DNA of 64,000 nt, from NCBI GenBank assembly GCA_045532505.1, contig JAZSGB010000070.1, forward strand, positions 7,941 through 71,940, written 5' to 3'. Below the pieces are notes generated by a model. It searched no databases and was not told where the DNA came from. It worked only from the letters and a program-made list of their open reading frames with translations. This document shows, piece after piece, positions 39,237-49,383 of this stretch. How positions within the stretch are numbered: position 1 is the first letter of the stretch; every line of letters begins with the position of its first letter. A program made the position numbers and the translations under genes. This DNA is from Acutalibacteraceae bacterium (lineage in GTDB: Bacteria > Bacillota > Clostridia > Oscillospirales > Acutalibacteraceae).

Positions 39237-41195
39237 ATGGCACAAAAGAATCAACCTAAGGCCGGTGGTCCGGGTAACAAAATGAATTTCGGCAAACCAA
39301 AAAACACAGGTAAAACTGTAAAAAGACTTCTCTCCTATGTAGCAAAAAGCAAGGGCTTACTTGCTTTAGTTGTTCTTATGGTAATTATTTCTGCAGGCGC
39401 AAACGTTGCAGGAACATATTTGCTTGCACCTATTGTGGATGAAATAGGAAATCTTCTTTCAACAGGCTCAAGGGATATGAGTAAGCTTATAGGCTACCTT
39501 GCAGTTTTAGCAACAATTTACCTTTTAGGTGTTGCTGCACAGTACAGCCAATCAAGAATTATGCTTAACGTTTCACAAAAAACATTAAACATATTAAGAA
39601 AAGACCTGTTTGACCACTTACAGGAATTACCTATTAAGTATTTTGATACACATAACCACGGCGAGCTTATGAGCCGTTTTACAAACGATGTTGACACCGT
39701 ACGTGAAGCAATAAGCCAGGGTCTTATACAAACAATATCCTCACTTATTACAGTAGTAGGTATTTTTGTAATGATGCTTTACATCAGCCCTGCGTTGACC
39801 TGTTTAATTATCGGTATGCTTGTTATTATGCTTATGATTATAAAATTCATAGGCAAGCGTAGCTCAAACTACTTCCGTAAACAGCAAATTGCAGTAGGCA
39901 AGCTTAACGGATATATAGAAGAGCTTATTGAAGGCCTTAAGGTAGTAAAGGTTTTCTGCCGTGAGGAAAAAACAAAAGAAGAGTTTGGCGAGATTAACGA
40001 GGAGTTCAGAAAGGCTGCTACAAATGCTCACACCTTTGCAAGTGTGCTTATGCCTATTATGGGCAACATCTCTTATTTTAACTTTGCCTTAACCTCTGCA
40101 GCAGGTGCATTTATTATTTTAACACTTGCAGAGCCAAGTGGCGCCTTAGCTATTTTTACAGGTGGTGTAAAGGGTATACTTACCATAGGCTCTCTTGCAT
40201 CCTTCCTTCAGTATACCCGCCAGTTCTCAAACCCCATTTCACAGGTTTCACAGCAAATGAACAATATTCTTATGGCACTTGCAGGTGCAGAAAGAATTTT
40301 TGACATTATAGACACAGAGCCTGAGGAGGACGACGGCTATGTAACCCTTGTAAATGCTGTAGTTGATGAAAACGGCAATATCACAGAAGCACAGGAAAGA
40401 ACAGGGGTTTGGGCTTGGAAGCATCCTCACTCTGCAGACGGTAGCATCACCTACACCCTTCTTAAGGGCGATGTGCGATTCCACAATGTTACCTTCTCAT
40501 ACGATGGCAAAAAGACTGTGCTTAAAAATATTTCGCTTTATGCAAAGCCGGGTCAAAAGATTGCTTTTGTTGGCTCTACAGGTGCAGGTAAAACAACTAT
40601 TACTAACCTTATTAACAGGTTCTACGATATTCAGGAGGGTAAAATCACCTACGACGGCATTAACATTAAGAAAATTAAAAAAGACGATTTACGCCGTTCG
40701 CTTGCTATGGTTTTACAGGATACACACCTGTTTACAGGCACAGTAGAGGATAACATTCGCTACGGCAGACTTGATGCAACCCATGATGAAATTGTAGAAG
40801 CCGCAAAAATTGCGAACGCACACAGCTTTATTACAAGGCTGCCTGAGGGCTACAACACAATGCTTACAGGCGATGGCTCCAACCTTTCACAGGGGCAGCG
40901 TCAGCTTTTATCTATCGCACGTGCTGCAGTCGCAAATCCACCCGTGCTTATACTCGATGAAGCTACAAGCTCCATTGATACCCGTACAGAAAGGCTTATT
41001 GAAAAGGGTACCGATAAGCTTATGGAAGGCAGAACGGTTTTTGTTATTGCCCACAGACTTTCCACAGTACGAAACTCAAATGCCATTATGGTGCTTGAAA
41101 ACGGCGAAATTATAGAAAAGGGCGACCACGAATCACTGCTTGAGCAGGGTGGCAAATACTTTAAGCTCTACACAGGACAGTTTGAGCTTTCATAA
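39237..41195 (+). CDS. ABC exporter permease/ATPase, subunit 2
   Basis: Walker A GSTGAGKTT, signature LSQGQRQL, Walker B LILDEATSSID. Confidence 0.85.
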   Translation: MAQKNQPKAGGPGNKMNFGKPKNTGKTVKRLLSYVAKSKGLLALVVLMVIISAGANVAGTYLLAPIVDEIGNLLSTGSRDMSKLIGYLAVLATIYLLGVAAQYSQSRIMLNVSQKTLNILRKDLFDHLQELPIKYFDTHNHGELMSRFTNDVDTVREAISQGLIQTISSLITVVGIFVMMLYISPALTCLIIGMLVIMLMIIKFIGKRSSNYFRKQQIAVGKLNGYIEELIEGLKVVKVFCREEKTKEEFGEINEEFRKAATNAHTFASVLMPIMGNISYFNFALTSAAGAFIILTLAEPSGALAIFTGGVKGILTIGSLASFLQYTRQFSNPISQVSQQMNNILMALAGAERIFDIIDTEPEEDDGYVTLVNAVVDENGNITEAQERTGVWAWKHPHSADGSITYTLLKGDVRFHNVTFSYDGKKTVLKNISLYAKPGQKIAFVGSTGAGKTTITNLINRFYDIQEGKITYDGINIKKIKKDDLRRSLAMVLQDTHLFTGTVEDNIRYGRLDATHDEIVEAAKIANAHSFITRLPEGYNTMLTGDGSNLSQGQRQLLSIARAAVANPPVLILDEATSSIDTRTERLIEKGTDKLMEGRTVFVIAHRLSTVRNSNAIMVLENGEIIEKGDHESLLEQGGKYFKLYTGQFELS

Positions 41196-41214
41196 TTAAC
41201 CAACAACAAATAAA

Positions 41215-41256
41215 AGCGCGACCGTTTGCATATATGTAAATGGTCGTGCTTTTTTG
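41215..41256 (+). terminator. rho-independent terminator
   Basis: Stem agcgcgacc / ggtcgtgct followed by tttttg. Confidence 0.5.
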
Positions 41257-41353
41257 TAAAGGTTACAAAAGTTAAGATTTTGTAACAAATATTGAATATT
41301 TTTTTATTTTATATATAATAGTGAGTAAACCTATGTAAAAATTTTATAATTGC

Positions 41354-42841
41354 GTGGTTAATAATATGGAACGATTTTTAAAAACAGAAAAGGCGCTACA
41401 GCGCCTTGAAAATATCAGAGCTTTTCTGCTTACAGAAAAGTGGATGGCAATACTTTTTGTTATTGCAGGCTTTTTTGCCTGTTCACACTCCTTTTATCCA
41501 AGAAGCACCTTCGATATTTGGGGTACGGTTGTTTTAGCTTACATAACAGGCTTTTGTTTTCTTGTATCGGGAGATATTTTTGCTATGCTTATTCCTTCCC
41601 TGTTTACATACTGCATAGCTATTCGGTGCTACAATTCTCTTTCGGAATTTACGTCTATTATATGGGTATTTATTCCCCTTGTTGCTATATTCCTGTTTAA
41701 CATAGTGGCATATTCAAAAAAGCCTTCAATAAAGGGCTCTCAATTTTGGCCTATGCTGTTCGTTTCCTTTGCCGTTACAATAGGTGGCGTAGGCGTTATA
41801 TCTGCAAAGGATTATTTTGCAGGTGCATCCATTTACAATATGCTCGGCATCGGCTTTGGTATGCTTTTAATTTACTGCTACTTTTTCTCAAAAATAGATG
41901 TAAACGATAAGTATTCTCTTATCGAAAAGCTTTCCGAAATGATGGTGGTTATTGGCCTTTTCATATCCTTTATGGTATTTGCCCACTACGTTATAAATGT
42001 AAACACCGTTATTGATAAGGGTGGCATTTTTTACATACGCTGGCGCAACAATGCCTCTACAATACTTATGATGGCAACACCTTTTGCTTTCTTCTTAGGC
42101 AACAAAAAGCCATATGCAGCAGTACTGGCATTTGTTTTTTATATCGCAATGCTGTTAACAGGCTCACGTGGTGGTATGCTTTTCGGCTCTATAGAAATAG
42201 TTATGTGCCTTGTAATGTTTATACTTTACGACAAGCGCCGCAGACTTGCATATGTGCTTATATGTGCTTGTTTTGTGTTTATAGCACTTATATTCTTACC
42301 CGAAATAACCTCGTTTTTAAACTTTACAATACAAAGACTTTTCAAGGTGCTTAACCAATTCCTTCTCGGTGGACCCGATACGGAAACCCGTGTGCGCCAC
42401 TACGCAAGAGGTGTACAGGATTATTTTAATAACCCCATTTTCGGCACAGGCCTGGGAAACCTTACAAACAGAGATATTTTTAAGAGCAAGCCGGGCTCCC
42501 TTTGCTGGTACCACTGCTCCCCTATTCAGGTAGCAGGCAGCTTTGGTACTGTAGGTATTATTGCTTTCACTTACCAGTTTATTAAAAGAAATTTGCTTAT
42601 ATGGAAAAGAGCTACGCTCTTTAATATGACTATTTTCCTTTCCTACATAAGCCTTGAGCTTATGTCCCTTGTAAACCCCGGTGTATTTTGCCCCATGCCT
42701 TATTTACTGCTTGTAATTGTTTACCTTGTTGTTGTGGAAAAAACAAACGGCAGTAATGAGCCACAGGTTAAAATACCTATTCTGAAAAAATTCAGAGAAA
42801 AACGAAGAGCAAGGAAACAATTAAAACAAAACAATGCATAA
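41354..42841 (+). CDS. O-antigen ligase / Wzy_C-domain family polytopic membrane protein
   Basis: More than 10 TM segments, TGSRGGMLFGS, and a periplasmic-loop-like WYHCSPIQVAGSFGTVG motif. An ATG at 41366 is an alternative start. Confidence 0.6.
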   Translation: MVNNMERFLKTEKALQRLENIRAFLLTEKWMAILFVIAGFFACSHSFYPRSTFDIWGTVVLAYITGFCFLVSGDIFAMLIPSLFTYCIAIRCYNSLSEFTSIIWVFIPLVAIFLFNIVAYSKKPSIKGSQFWPMLFVSFAVTIGGVGVISAKDYFAGASIYNMLGIGFGMLLIYCYFFSKIDVNDKYSLIEKLSEMMVVIGLFISFMVFAHYVINVNTVIDKGGIFYIRWRNNASTILMMATPFAFFLGNKKPYAAVLAFVFYIAMLLTGSRGGMLFGSIEIVMCLVMFILYDKRRRLAYVLICACFVFIALIFLPEITSFLNFTIQRLFKVLNQFLLGGPDTETRVRHYARGVQDYFNNPIFGTGLGNLTNRDIFKSKPGSLCWYHCSPIQVAGSFGTVGIIAFTYQFIKRNLLIWKRATLFNMTIFLSYISLELMSLVNPGVFCPMPYLLLVIVYLVVVEKTNGSNEPQVKIPILKKFREKRRARKQLKQNNA

Positions 42842-42874
42842 AAAACACCATCGGTTTTTACCGATGGTGTTTTT
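42842..42874. terminator. bidirectional terminator between convergent genes
   Basis: Stem aaaaacaccatcgg / ccgatggtgttttt. Confidence 0.65.
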
Positions 42875-42876
42875 TA

Positions 42877-43974
42877 TTAAAGCTTTTCAATAAGTATATC
42901 AGCAATTCTCTTACAAGCAAAACCATCACCGTATGGGTTTGAAGCCTTGCTCATTTTTTCATACTCAGCCTTATCTGTAAGAAGCTTTGTAAACTCTGTG
43001 TAAATTGTTTCTTCCTCTGTACCAACAAGCTTTAAGGTGCCTGCCTTAATACCCTCAGGGCGCTCTGTTGTATCACGCATAACAAGTACGGGCTTACCGA
43101 GAGACGGCGCCTCCTCCTGGATGCCACCTGAGTCTGTAAGAATAAGGTAGCTCTTATTAAGGAAGTTGTGGAAATCAAGCACCTCAAGAGGCTCTATAAT
43201 ATGTATTCTTTCATCATCGCCTAAAATTGCATTTGCAGTTTCACGCACAGCAGGATTCATATGTATAGGATAAATAGCCTTAACATCAGGGTTTTCATCC
43301 ATAACCCTGCGAATAGCTCTAAACATATTTTTCATCGGCTCACCAAGGTTTTCTCTACGGTGGGCTGTTATCATAATAAGTCGGCTACCCTCTGCCCACT
43401 CTAATTCAGAGTGAGTATAGTCCTCTTTAACAGTTGTTTTAAGAGCATCAATAGCAGTATTACCTGTAATATAAATAGTATCGGCACTTTTGCCCTCTCT
43501 TAAAAGGTTATCTCTTGAAAGCTCTGTGGGGGCAAAGTTAAATTGGCTGACAATGCCTACAGCCTGCCTGTTAAACTCCTCCGGGTACGGGGAGTAAATA
43601 TTGTATGTGCGAAGACCTGCCTCCACATGGCCAACAGGAATTTGTAAATAGAAGCATGCAAGAGCTGTAACAAATGTTGTTGAGGTATCGCCATGTACAA
43701 GTACAACGTTTGGCTTTTCCTTTTCAAGCACCTCTTTTATTGAGTTGAGGATGTTTGTTGTAACATCAAAAAGTGTTTGACGCTCTTTCATAATAGAAAG
43801 ATCGTAATCAGGCTTTACAGCGAAAGCCTCAAGCACCTGGTCAAGCATCTGACGGTGCTGACCTGTAACGCAAACTATTGTTTCAAGCTCTTTTCGGCTT
43901 TTCAATTCGTTTACTAACGGACACATTTTTATTGCTTCCGGTCTTGTACCAAAAACAAGCATAACCTTTTTCAT
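42877..43974 (-). CDS. wecB: UDP-N-acetylglucosamine 2-epimerase (non-hydrolysing)
   Basis: MKKVMLVFGTRPEAIKMCPLV N-terminus; 365 aa. Confidence 0.88.
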   Translation of the reverse strand: MKKVMLVFGTRPEAIKMCPLVNELKSRKELETIVCVTGQHRQMLDQVLEAFAVKPDYDLSIMKERQTLFDVTTNILNSIKEVLEKEKPNVVLVHGDTSTTFVTALACFYLQIPVGHVEAGLRTYNIYSPYPEEFNRQAVGIVSQFNFAPTELSRDNLLREGKSADTIYITGNTAIDALKTTVKEDYTHSELEWAEGSRLIMITAHRRENLGEPMKNMFRAIRRVMDENPDVKAIYPIHMNPAVRETANAILGDDERIHIIEPLEVLDFHNFLNKSYLILTDSGGIQEEAPSLGKPVLVMRDTTERPEGIKAGTLKLVGTEEETIYTEFTKLLTDKAEYEKMSKASNPYGDGFACKRIADILIEKL

Positions 43975-43995
43975 AAATAAAATATCTCCAAATAA

Positions 43996-45216
43996 TTAAA
44001 GTCTGTAAATTCCGGGAAGGTCAATAACCTTTCTTGTATCAAGAACGATTTTGCCCTTAAGCTTTTCTACATTGTTTTTAATCTCGTCGTGGCCAACAAG
44101 AACAACCACAAGTTCTGAATCCTCAAGAAATTTATCGAAATCGTGATACTGATTATCAACAATATCCTTTGTAATATATGGGTCGTAAACCTTAAGCTGA
44201 GGAGCAAGGTGCTTGTCCTGACATTCAAGAAGCTGAAGTGTTGGTGATTCTCTGTAGTCATCAACATTTTCTTTGTAAGTAAGGCCGTAAAGACCTACCT
44301 TTGAGAAATCTGTAATATTATTTTCCTTCATAATATTATAGATTCTTTCAAGAACAAACTCAGGCATAGAATCGTTGATTTTCATTGATTCCCAAATAAC
44401 CTTTGTAAGCGACGGATAATCGCCAACAAGGAACCAAGGGTCAACTGAAATACAGTGGCCACCAACGCCCGGACCCGGCTGAAGAATATTTACACGAGGA
44501 TGCATATTGCAGATTCTGATAATCTCATAAACATCCATATCATCATGACGGCAGATTTTTGCAAGCTCGTTTGCAAATGCAATATTAACTGCACGGTATG
44601 TGTTTTCAATAACCTTTGTCATTTCTGCAGTTTTGATATCTGTAACTACAATATCGCCAAGGCAGAAGGATGCATAAACCTCTTTAATCTTTTCGCCTAT
44701 TGCAGGGTCATCTGCACCGATTGTACGAGAATTGTGAAGAAGCTCATAAACCATATTACCGGGGATAATTCTTTCCGGTGCGTGAACAAGGTTAATATCT
44801 TCACCAATAACAAAACCGTTCTCTTCAATAATAGGTCTTACAAACTTATCTATAGTACCCGGGGAAACTGTAGATTCAATAACAACTGTTGCACCCTTAG
44901 GACAAACTCGCATAACCTCTTTAACTGCTGCGTTTACGTAGCAAGCATCAATCTTTTTTGAGAAGCTGTCGTACGGTGTAGGAACAGAAACGATATAAAC
45001 ATCTGTTTTCTGATACTCTGTTGTAAACTTAATGCCTGCCTTAACTGCGTCGTTGAAAAGCTCATCAAGACCCTTTTCTTCAAAGGTTGTTTTGCCGGCA
45101 TTAAGTGTTGCCACAAGCTCCGGATTATAGTCGGTACCTACAACCTCTACACCGTGTGAAGCAAGCATAAGTGCTGTAGGAAGACCTATGTAGCCAAGAC
45201 CAATAACGTTAATCAT
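43996..45216 (-). CDS. wecC: UDP-N-acetyl-D-mannosamine dehydrogenase-type nucleotide-sugar dehydrogenase
   Basis: NAD fold INVIGLGYIGLPTAL and catalytic-Cys region GVGGHCISVDP. Adjacent to wecB. Substrate assignment (ManNAc versus GlcNAc) is not certain. Confidence 0.7.
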   Translation of the reverse strand: MINVIGLGYIGLPTALMLASHGVEVVGTDYNPELVATLNAGKTTFEEKGLDELFNDAVKAGIKFTTEYQKTDVYIVSVPTPYDSFSKKIDACYVNAAVKEVMRVCPKGATVVIESTVSPGTIDKFVRPIIEENGFVIGEDINLVHAPERIIPGNMVYELLHNSRTIGADDPAIGEKIKEVYASFCLGDIVVTDIKTAEMTKVIENTYRAVNIAFANELAKICRHDDMDVYEIIRICNMHPRVNILQPGPGVGGHCISVDPWFLVGDYPSLTKVIWESMKINDSMPEFVLERIYNIMKENNITDFSKVGLYGLTYKENVDDYRESPTLQLLECQDKHLAPQLKVYDPYITKDIVDNQYHDFDKFLEDSELVVVLVGHDEIKNNVEKLKGKIVLDTRKVIDLPGIYRL

Positions 45217-45241
45217 AATATTTTTCTCCTTTAGTTTATAT

Positions 45242-46705
45242 TCAATCTGCTTTATTTAAGAATACCCATTGTTTCTTCAAGTTTTTGAATTCTATAATTG
45301 CAAAAATAATCATCCATATAAAACCTAACAGTATGGACTCAATAATTTCTCCAACAAATGCCTCTAACAGAACAACAGATTTTATTACATAGAACACAAC
45401 TGCTAATACTGCATTTTTAATCAACGATATACCAAGAAGCTTCCAATCAAATATTCTTGAAAATTTAACCTCGATAACACGAGATGTCCACAACAATTGA
45501 ACTACATTTATAACAAGCTGTGCAACAAGTGAGGCTATTGCCGGACCCACAAAGCCAAACATTTTGTAAAATACAATATTCATACAAAGGTTTAATACTA
45601 AAGATATTACTGAGCTATAAAGAATTTTCTTTGTATGTCCGGATGCATTTAGCACCATACCAAAATACGTGCACCTTAACGGCAAAACAAGACTATACAC
45701 TCTGAATACAGAAACACCACTAAGGTATTTTTCTGAATATAGAATTGTCATAACCTCAGGGGCAAAAACAAAAAGTGCAAATGCCAAAAATGTAATAATC
45801 GCAAACGAAATGTTTGTAGCCTTACTCCAAAGCTTGACAGCATCTTCATTTTGCTTGTTTTTAAGAAGCTTTACCATTCGTGGCAACAAAACTGCAGTTA
45901 TAGAGCTTGCAATTATTGTAACCGGCATTTCCTTAGAAGCATTTGTGAATATAGCAAGGCTCTCTGTGTCCATAAGGCCACCTATAACAACCTTTGCCAA
46001 TTCAATGTTCAAAGTACCAAGCATAGTTGCAATACCCATAGGTACAGAAAACTTAAAAATCCTTTTAGTAAGCTCTATATCTATTGCCACACATAAACGA
46101 CCTGCGCTTTGTTTTGCAAAAACATATACAAGCACCGAAAAAACAGCTTCCACAACAAGGTAAAGCACCATATACGTTGTAAATGTCCATTCAAAAACCT
46201 GAACAATTAATATTATTGATAATAAGAATATACTATTCAGTACACGATACGCCATTATCAGGTTTGTTCTTTTATAAACAACCAAGACATTTTCCACACT
46301 GGACATAATAATCTTTGTCCAAGGGAAAACAGCTAAAAAGAACAGGAAATTATTTAAAAGAGGGTTTTCAAAATAACTCACCAAAAATGGCACTAAAACT
46401 ACAAGCACACAGCCAACCACGGCACTTAAAATTGTGCTCATTGTGTAATAGACATTTAAAAAATGACCTTTTTCCTTATCTCCCTCAGCACCTGCAAGAA
46501 AATAATTTAAGCTGTTGGGAAGCCCCATCATAATCACGGTTGTAGCCAGATTTACAGCCATAAGAAGCTGCGAATACGTGCCATATTCCTCTACTGTTCT
46601 GAAACGGGAGAGCAACATAGCAGAAATCATCTGAATAACAAGCACCATCATTTTGGAGATGGTTAACTTAAGTGCATCATTCCCAACAGAAGCTTTTTTA
46701 CTCAT
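45242..46705 (-). CDS. wzx: Wzx-type oligosaccharide flippase (MOP superfamily)
   Basis: 487 aa, about 12-14 TM segments, in a polysaccharide locus. Confidence 0.75.
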   Translation of the reverse strand: MSKKASVGNDALKLTISKMMVLVIQMISAMLLSRFRTVEEYGTYSQLLMAVNLATTVIMMGLPNSLNYFLAGAEGDKEKGHFLNVYYTMSTILSAVVGCVLVVLVPFLVSYFENPLLNNFLFFLAVFPWTKIIMSSVENVLVVYKRTNLIMAYRVLNSIFLLSIILIVQVFEWTFTTYMVLYLVVEAVFSVLVYVFAKQSAGRLCVAIDIELTKRIFKFSVPMGIATMLGTLNIELAKVVIGGLMDTESLAIFTNASKEMPVTIIASSITAVLLPRMVKLLKNKQNEDAVKLWSKATNISFAIITFLAFALFVFAPEVMTILYSEKYLSGVSVFRVYSLVLPLRCTYFGMVLNASGHTKKILYSSVISLVLNLCMNIVFYKMFGFVGPAIASLVAQLVINVVQLLWTSRVIEVKFSRIFDWKLLGISLIKNAVLAVVFYVIKSVVLLEAFVGEIIESILLGFIWMIIFAIIEFKNLKKQWVFLNKAD

Positions 46706-48030
46706 TCGATTATTAACGCCTCTATTCTTTCAATAATATTCTCGTAATTATATCTATCCAACACATCTTTTTGTGGCTCAAAATTGATTATTCCTGTTTC
46801 CACCCACGAATTGTATAGATTTTCTAAGTACTTTTTAAGGGCGACACTATCTTGAGAATGAGTTGCCTCTTCATATGCAAAACCAAAATTGCCTTCACGT
46901 ATGACGCGCGTTATTTCGCCACCTGCCAAATCACCACAGGTAAGAGAAATTATGGGTTTTCCTATAAGCATATACTCGAGCACTTTGCCCGGAAAAACAC
47001 CATACTCGTTTTTATCATTCCAGGTTGCAAGCAGCAAAAAGTGAGACCTCATCTGCAATTCAAGGCAAGCCTCACGATTGAGCACCCCGTGATCAACAAC
47101 AATATCATCCAAACCAAACTTTGCTGCTTGAGCAGTTGCAACGCTACTCTCCACACCGGCATAGTTAAACACTATTTTTTCTTTTTCAATTTTATTTTCA
47201 TCAATTAATTCTTTTAATGCAAGAAATATTGGAGAAAGATCTCTTCTTCCTAAATAAAGAACCCCCACATAGGTTAGATTTAATTTATCTGTATCAGAAT
47301 CCGTCAAAAGAACCGGCTTATCGCCTAAATCGTAACCGTTTGGAATCATATATGTTTTTTCCCTATGGTTATTCCCACAGATTCTTTCTACGTAACCATT
47401 GGATACAGCAATTATCTTGTCTGCCAGGCGGCATGCTTTGGCTTGAATCCTTGTATAAAGTCCTCTGAACTCTTTAACAAGAACATCTGTTACAACAGGA
47501 TCTCTAAACTCACATATCCATTTAGCTGAACTCATTTTCTTTTTAGCGTAAATGCCACACAAAAGAGTAGATAACGGACCATACGACGTATAAATCACAT
47601 CATAATCCCGACCGATTTTACCGGCTTTACACGCTTTTTTAAAACCACTTAAAAAAGCTAAAAAGTCAAAATGTAAAAATGTCTGCGAAAGAATACTTCT
47701 TATTCTTCTTTTGAAACTCCTCTTAGCAGGAACAGTTGTGGTTTTTGGTGAGCCACTTATTAACGGTGTGGTTGCACCGGTGCGCATCAGCCTTTTAGGT
47801 ATGTCCGCAAGTAGCTTAAAAAATCCTCTTTTTTTTATTTTATAAACATTATTAAGTCCGTCGGGAACCTTCAATCCATCCATTTTCAATGTTGCATCTT
47901 CGGCAGTAACAACATCAACAATGTACCCTTTTTTTGAAAGACCATCCACAACCTTGGTTGGCCTTACTGCACCTATTATGTTCATAGGTGCAAATAAATA
48001 CGAGATGTACAAAATTTTCATACTTACCAA
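46702..48030 (-). CDS. glycosyltransferase (GT-B fold)
   Basis: N-terminal KILYISY...G strand-loop and GT4-like C-terminal half. An ATG at 48021 is an alternative start. Confidence 0.6.
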   Translation of the reverse strand: MVSMKILYISYLFAPMNIIGAVRPTKVVDGLSKKGYIVDVVTAEDATLKMDGLKVPDGLNNVYKIKKRGFFKLLADIPKRLMRTGATTPLISGSPKTTTVPAKRSFKRRIRSILSQTFLHFDFLAFLSGFKKACKAGKIGRDYDVIYTSYGPLSTLLCGIYAKKKMSSAKWICEFRDPVVTDVLVKEFRGLYTRIQAKACRLADKIIAVSNGYVERICGNNHREKTYMIPNGYDLGDKPVLLTDSDTDKLNLTYVGVLYLGRRDLSPIFLALKELIDENKIEKEKIVFNYAGVESSVATAQAAKFGLDDIVVDHGVLNREACLELQMRSHFLLLATWNDKNEYGVFPGKVLEYMLIGKPIISLTCGDLAGGEITRVIREGNFGFAYEEATHSQDSVALKKYLENLYNSWVETGIINFEPQKDVLDRYNYENIIERIEALIIE

Positions 48031-48063
48031 ATACCTTTAGCTTTTGAATTATTCACCGATTTT

Positions 48064-49383
48064 CTATATTTTTGCTTTTTGAAAATCATTGTATTTCATA
48101 CTTACCAACATAGCAAGTATAAATATACAGTCATTAGCGTTAATAGAAAGGCTCATACTGGAAATCATAAAGGCAAATATTGCCAACATTAAATATGTGT
48201 GCCTTTTGTTTATTATAATATCCTTTATTAAATTCTTCCAACAAATTGCAAATGCAATAGAGCCTATAACACCGTATTGAATTAAAAAGTCAATGTATGC
48301 ATTATGAGGAACCTTACCCCCACTCAAGGCACAGAAATTATGAAGGAAGATATAGTTTTGTTGTCCGCAGCCCCATATAATTACATCTATTCGTTTTCCC
48401 AAAGCTTTCATATACTCGCTCCAGATATAGTCTCTACCTGAAAAAAGGTCTGTGTTATAGAAATCTCGGGCGGCAAAAACATCCAAAACAAAAATTTTGT
48501 AGAATGCAACAGTACAAATAACGCCAACCACAATAACCGGTACAGCCGTTAACAGTGCAGTTACCAAGCCTTTTCTTTTTCTTATTCGTACAAGGAACAT
48601 TATAAACGCAATTGCTACTATGATAAGTAACGTTAAAATATAGCTTTTCGAGTATGACCTATAACCTGAGTATGCAAGAAAAAGAATACATGCCACGTCT
48701 ATTATTTTACCAAATCTTGTTTTAATAATAGGTAAAAGTGCAACCCCTAAACAAATTGAAATTAAAACATACTGTGAGAACTCGTTAGGGTCCATGTTAA
48801 GTGCAGCATACCTGTTATTATATTCAAGAACCTCAATCTTTTGGGCATTCATAGTTAAAGTGATGTTAGGGAAAATATCAGCTATAAGAATGTCTAAAAT
48901 CGTTCCTGAAATAAAGAAAATTGAAGAAACCTTTATTTGACGATTGGTTTCTGAGTGGTTCATAAAATACGCCGAACCACACATAACACAAAAAACATTA
49001 AGTAACAAGGAAATAGTTGAAACAATACCGGCTCCGTATAACAATACACTTATTACCTGCAGCACAACAAAGAAGGCAAAAGCAATCGTATTATGTTCAT
49101 ACAAATGAATTTTTTTGTTAATAAACAGTTTGATTACAAAAACCAAAAACAAAATCGGCAATACAGAAATACTATTTGCCGATATTTTAAAAATACTGAC
49201 CAACGGCATACAAAATGCCATAATGTAAAAAATGAAATCTATTTTTTGAACTACAGCACCTACAAAAATAACTAAAGCAAAAACAATCATAGTGTCGTAA
49301 AAAAACGCGTTCAACAGCGCCATTACAACTAACCATAAATAAAGAAAAATTTCTCTTTTATTTTGTCTGATACAACTTTTCAT
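48064..49383 (-). CDS. wzy: Wzy-type repeat-unit polymerase (polytopic membrane protein)
   Basis: 439 aa, very AT-rich, more than 10 TM segments with one larger loop. Called from context and topology only. Confidence 0.55.
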   Translation of the reverse strand: MKSCIRQNKREIFLYLWLVVMALLNAFFYDTMIVFALVIFVGAVVQKIDFIFYIMAFCMPLVSIFKISANSISVLPILFLVFVIKLFINKKIHLYEHNTIAFAFFVVLQVISVLLYGAGIVSTISLLLNVFCVMCGSAYFMNHSETNRQIKVSSIFFISGTILDILIADIFPNITLTMNAQKIEVLEYNNRYAALNMDPNEFSQYVLISICLGVALLPIIKTRFGKIIDVACILFLAYSGYRSYSKSYILTLLIIVAIAFIMFLVRIRKRKGLVTALLTAVPVIVVGVICTVAFYKIFVLDVFAARDFYNTDLFSGRDYIWSEYMKALGKRIDVIIWGCGQQNYIFLHNFCALSGGKVPHNAYIDFLIQYGVIGSIAFAICWKNLIKDIIINKRHTYLMLAIFAFMISSMSLSINANDCIFILAMLVSMKYNDFQKAKI

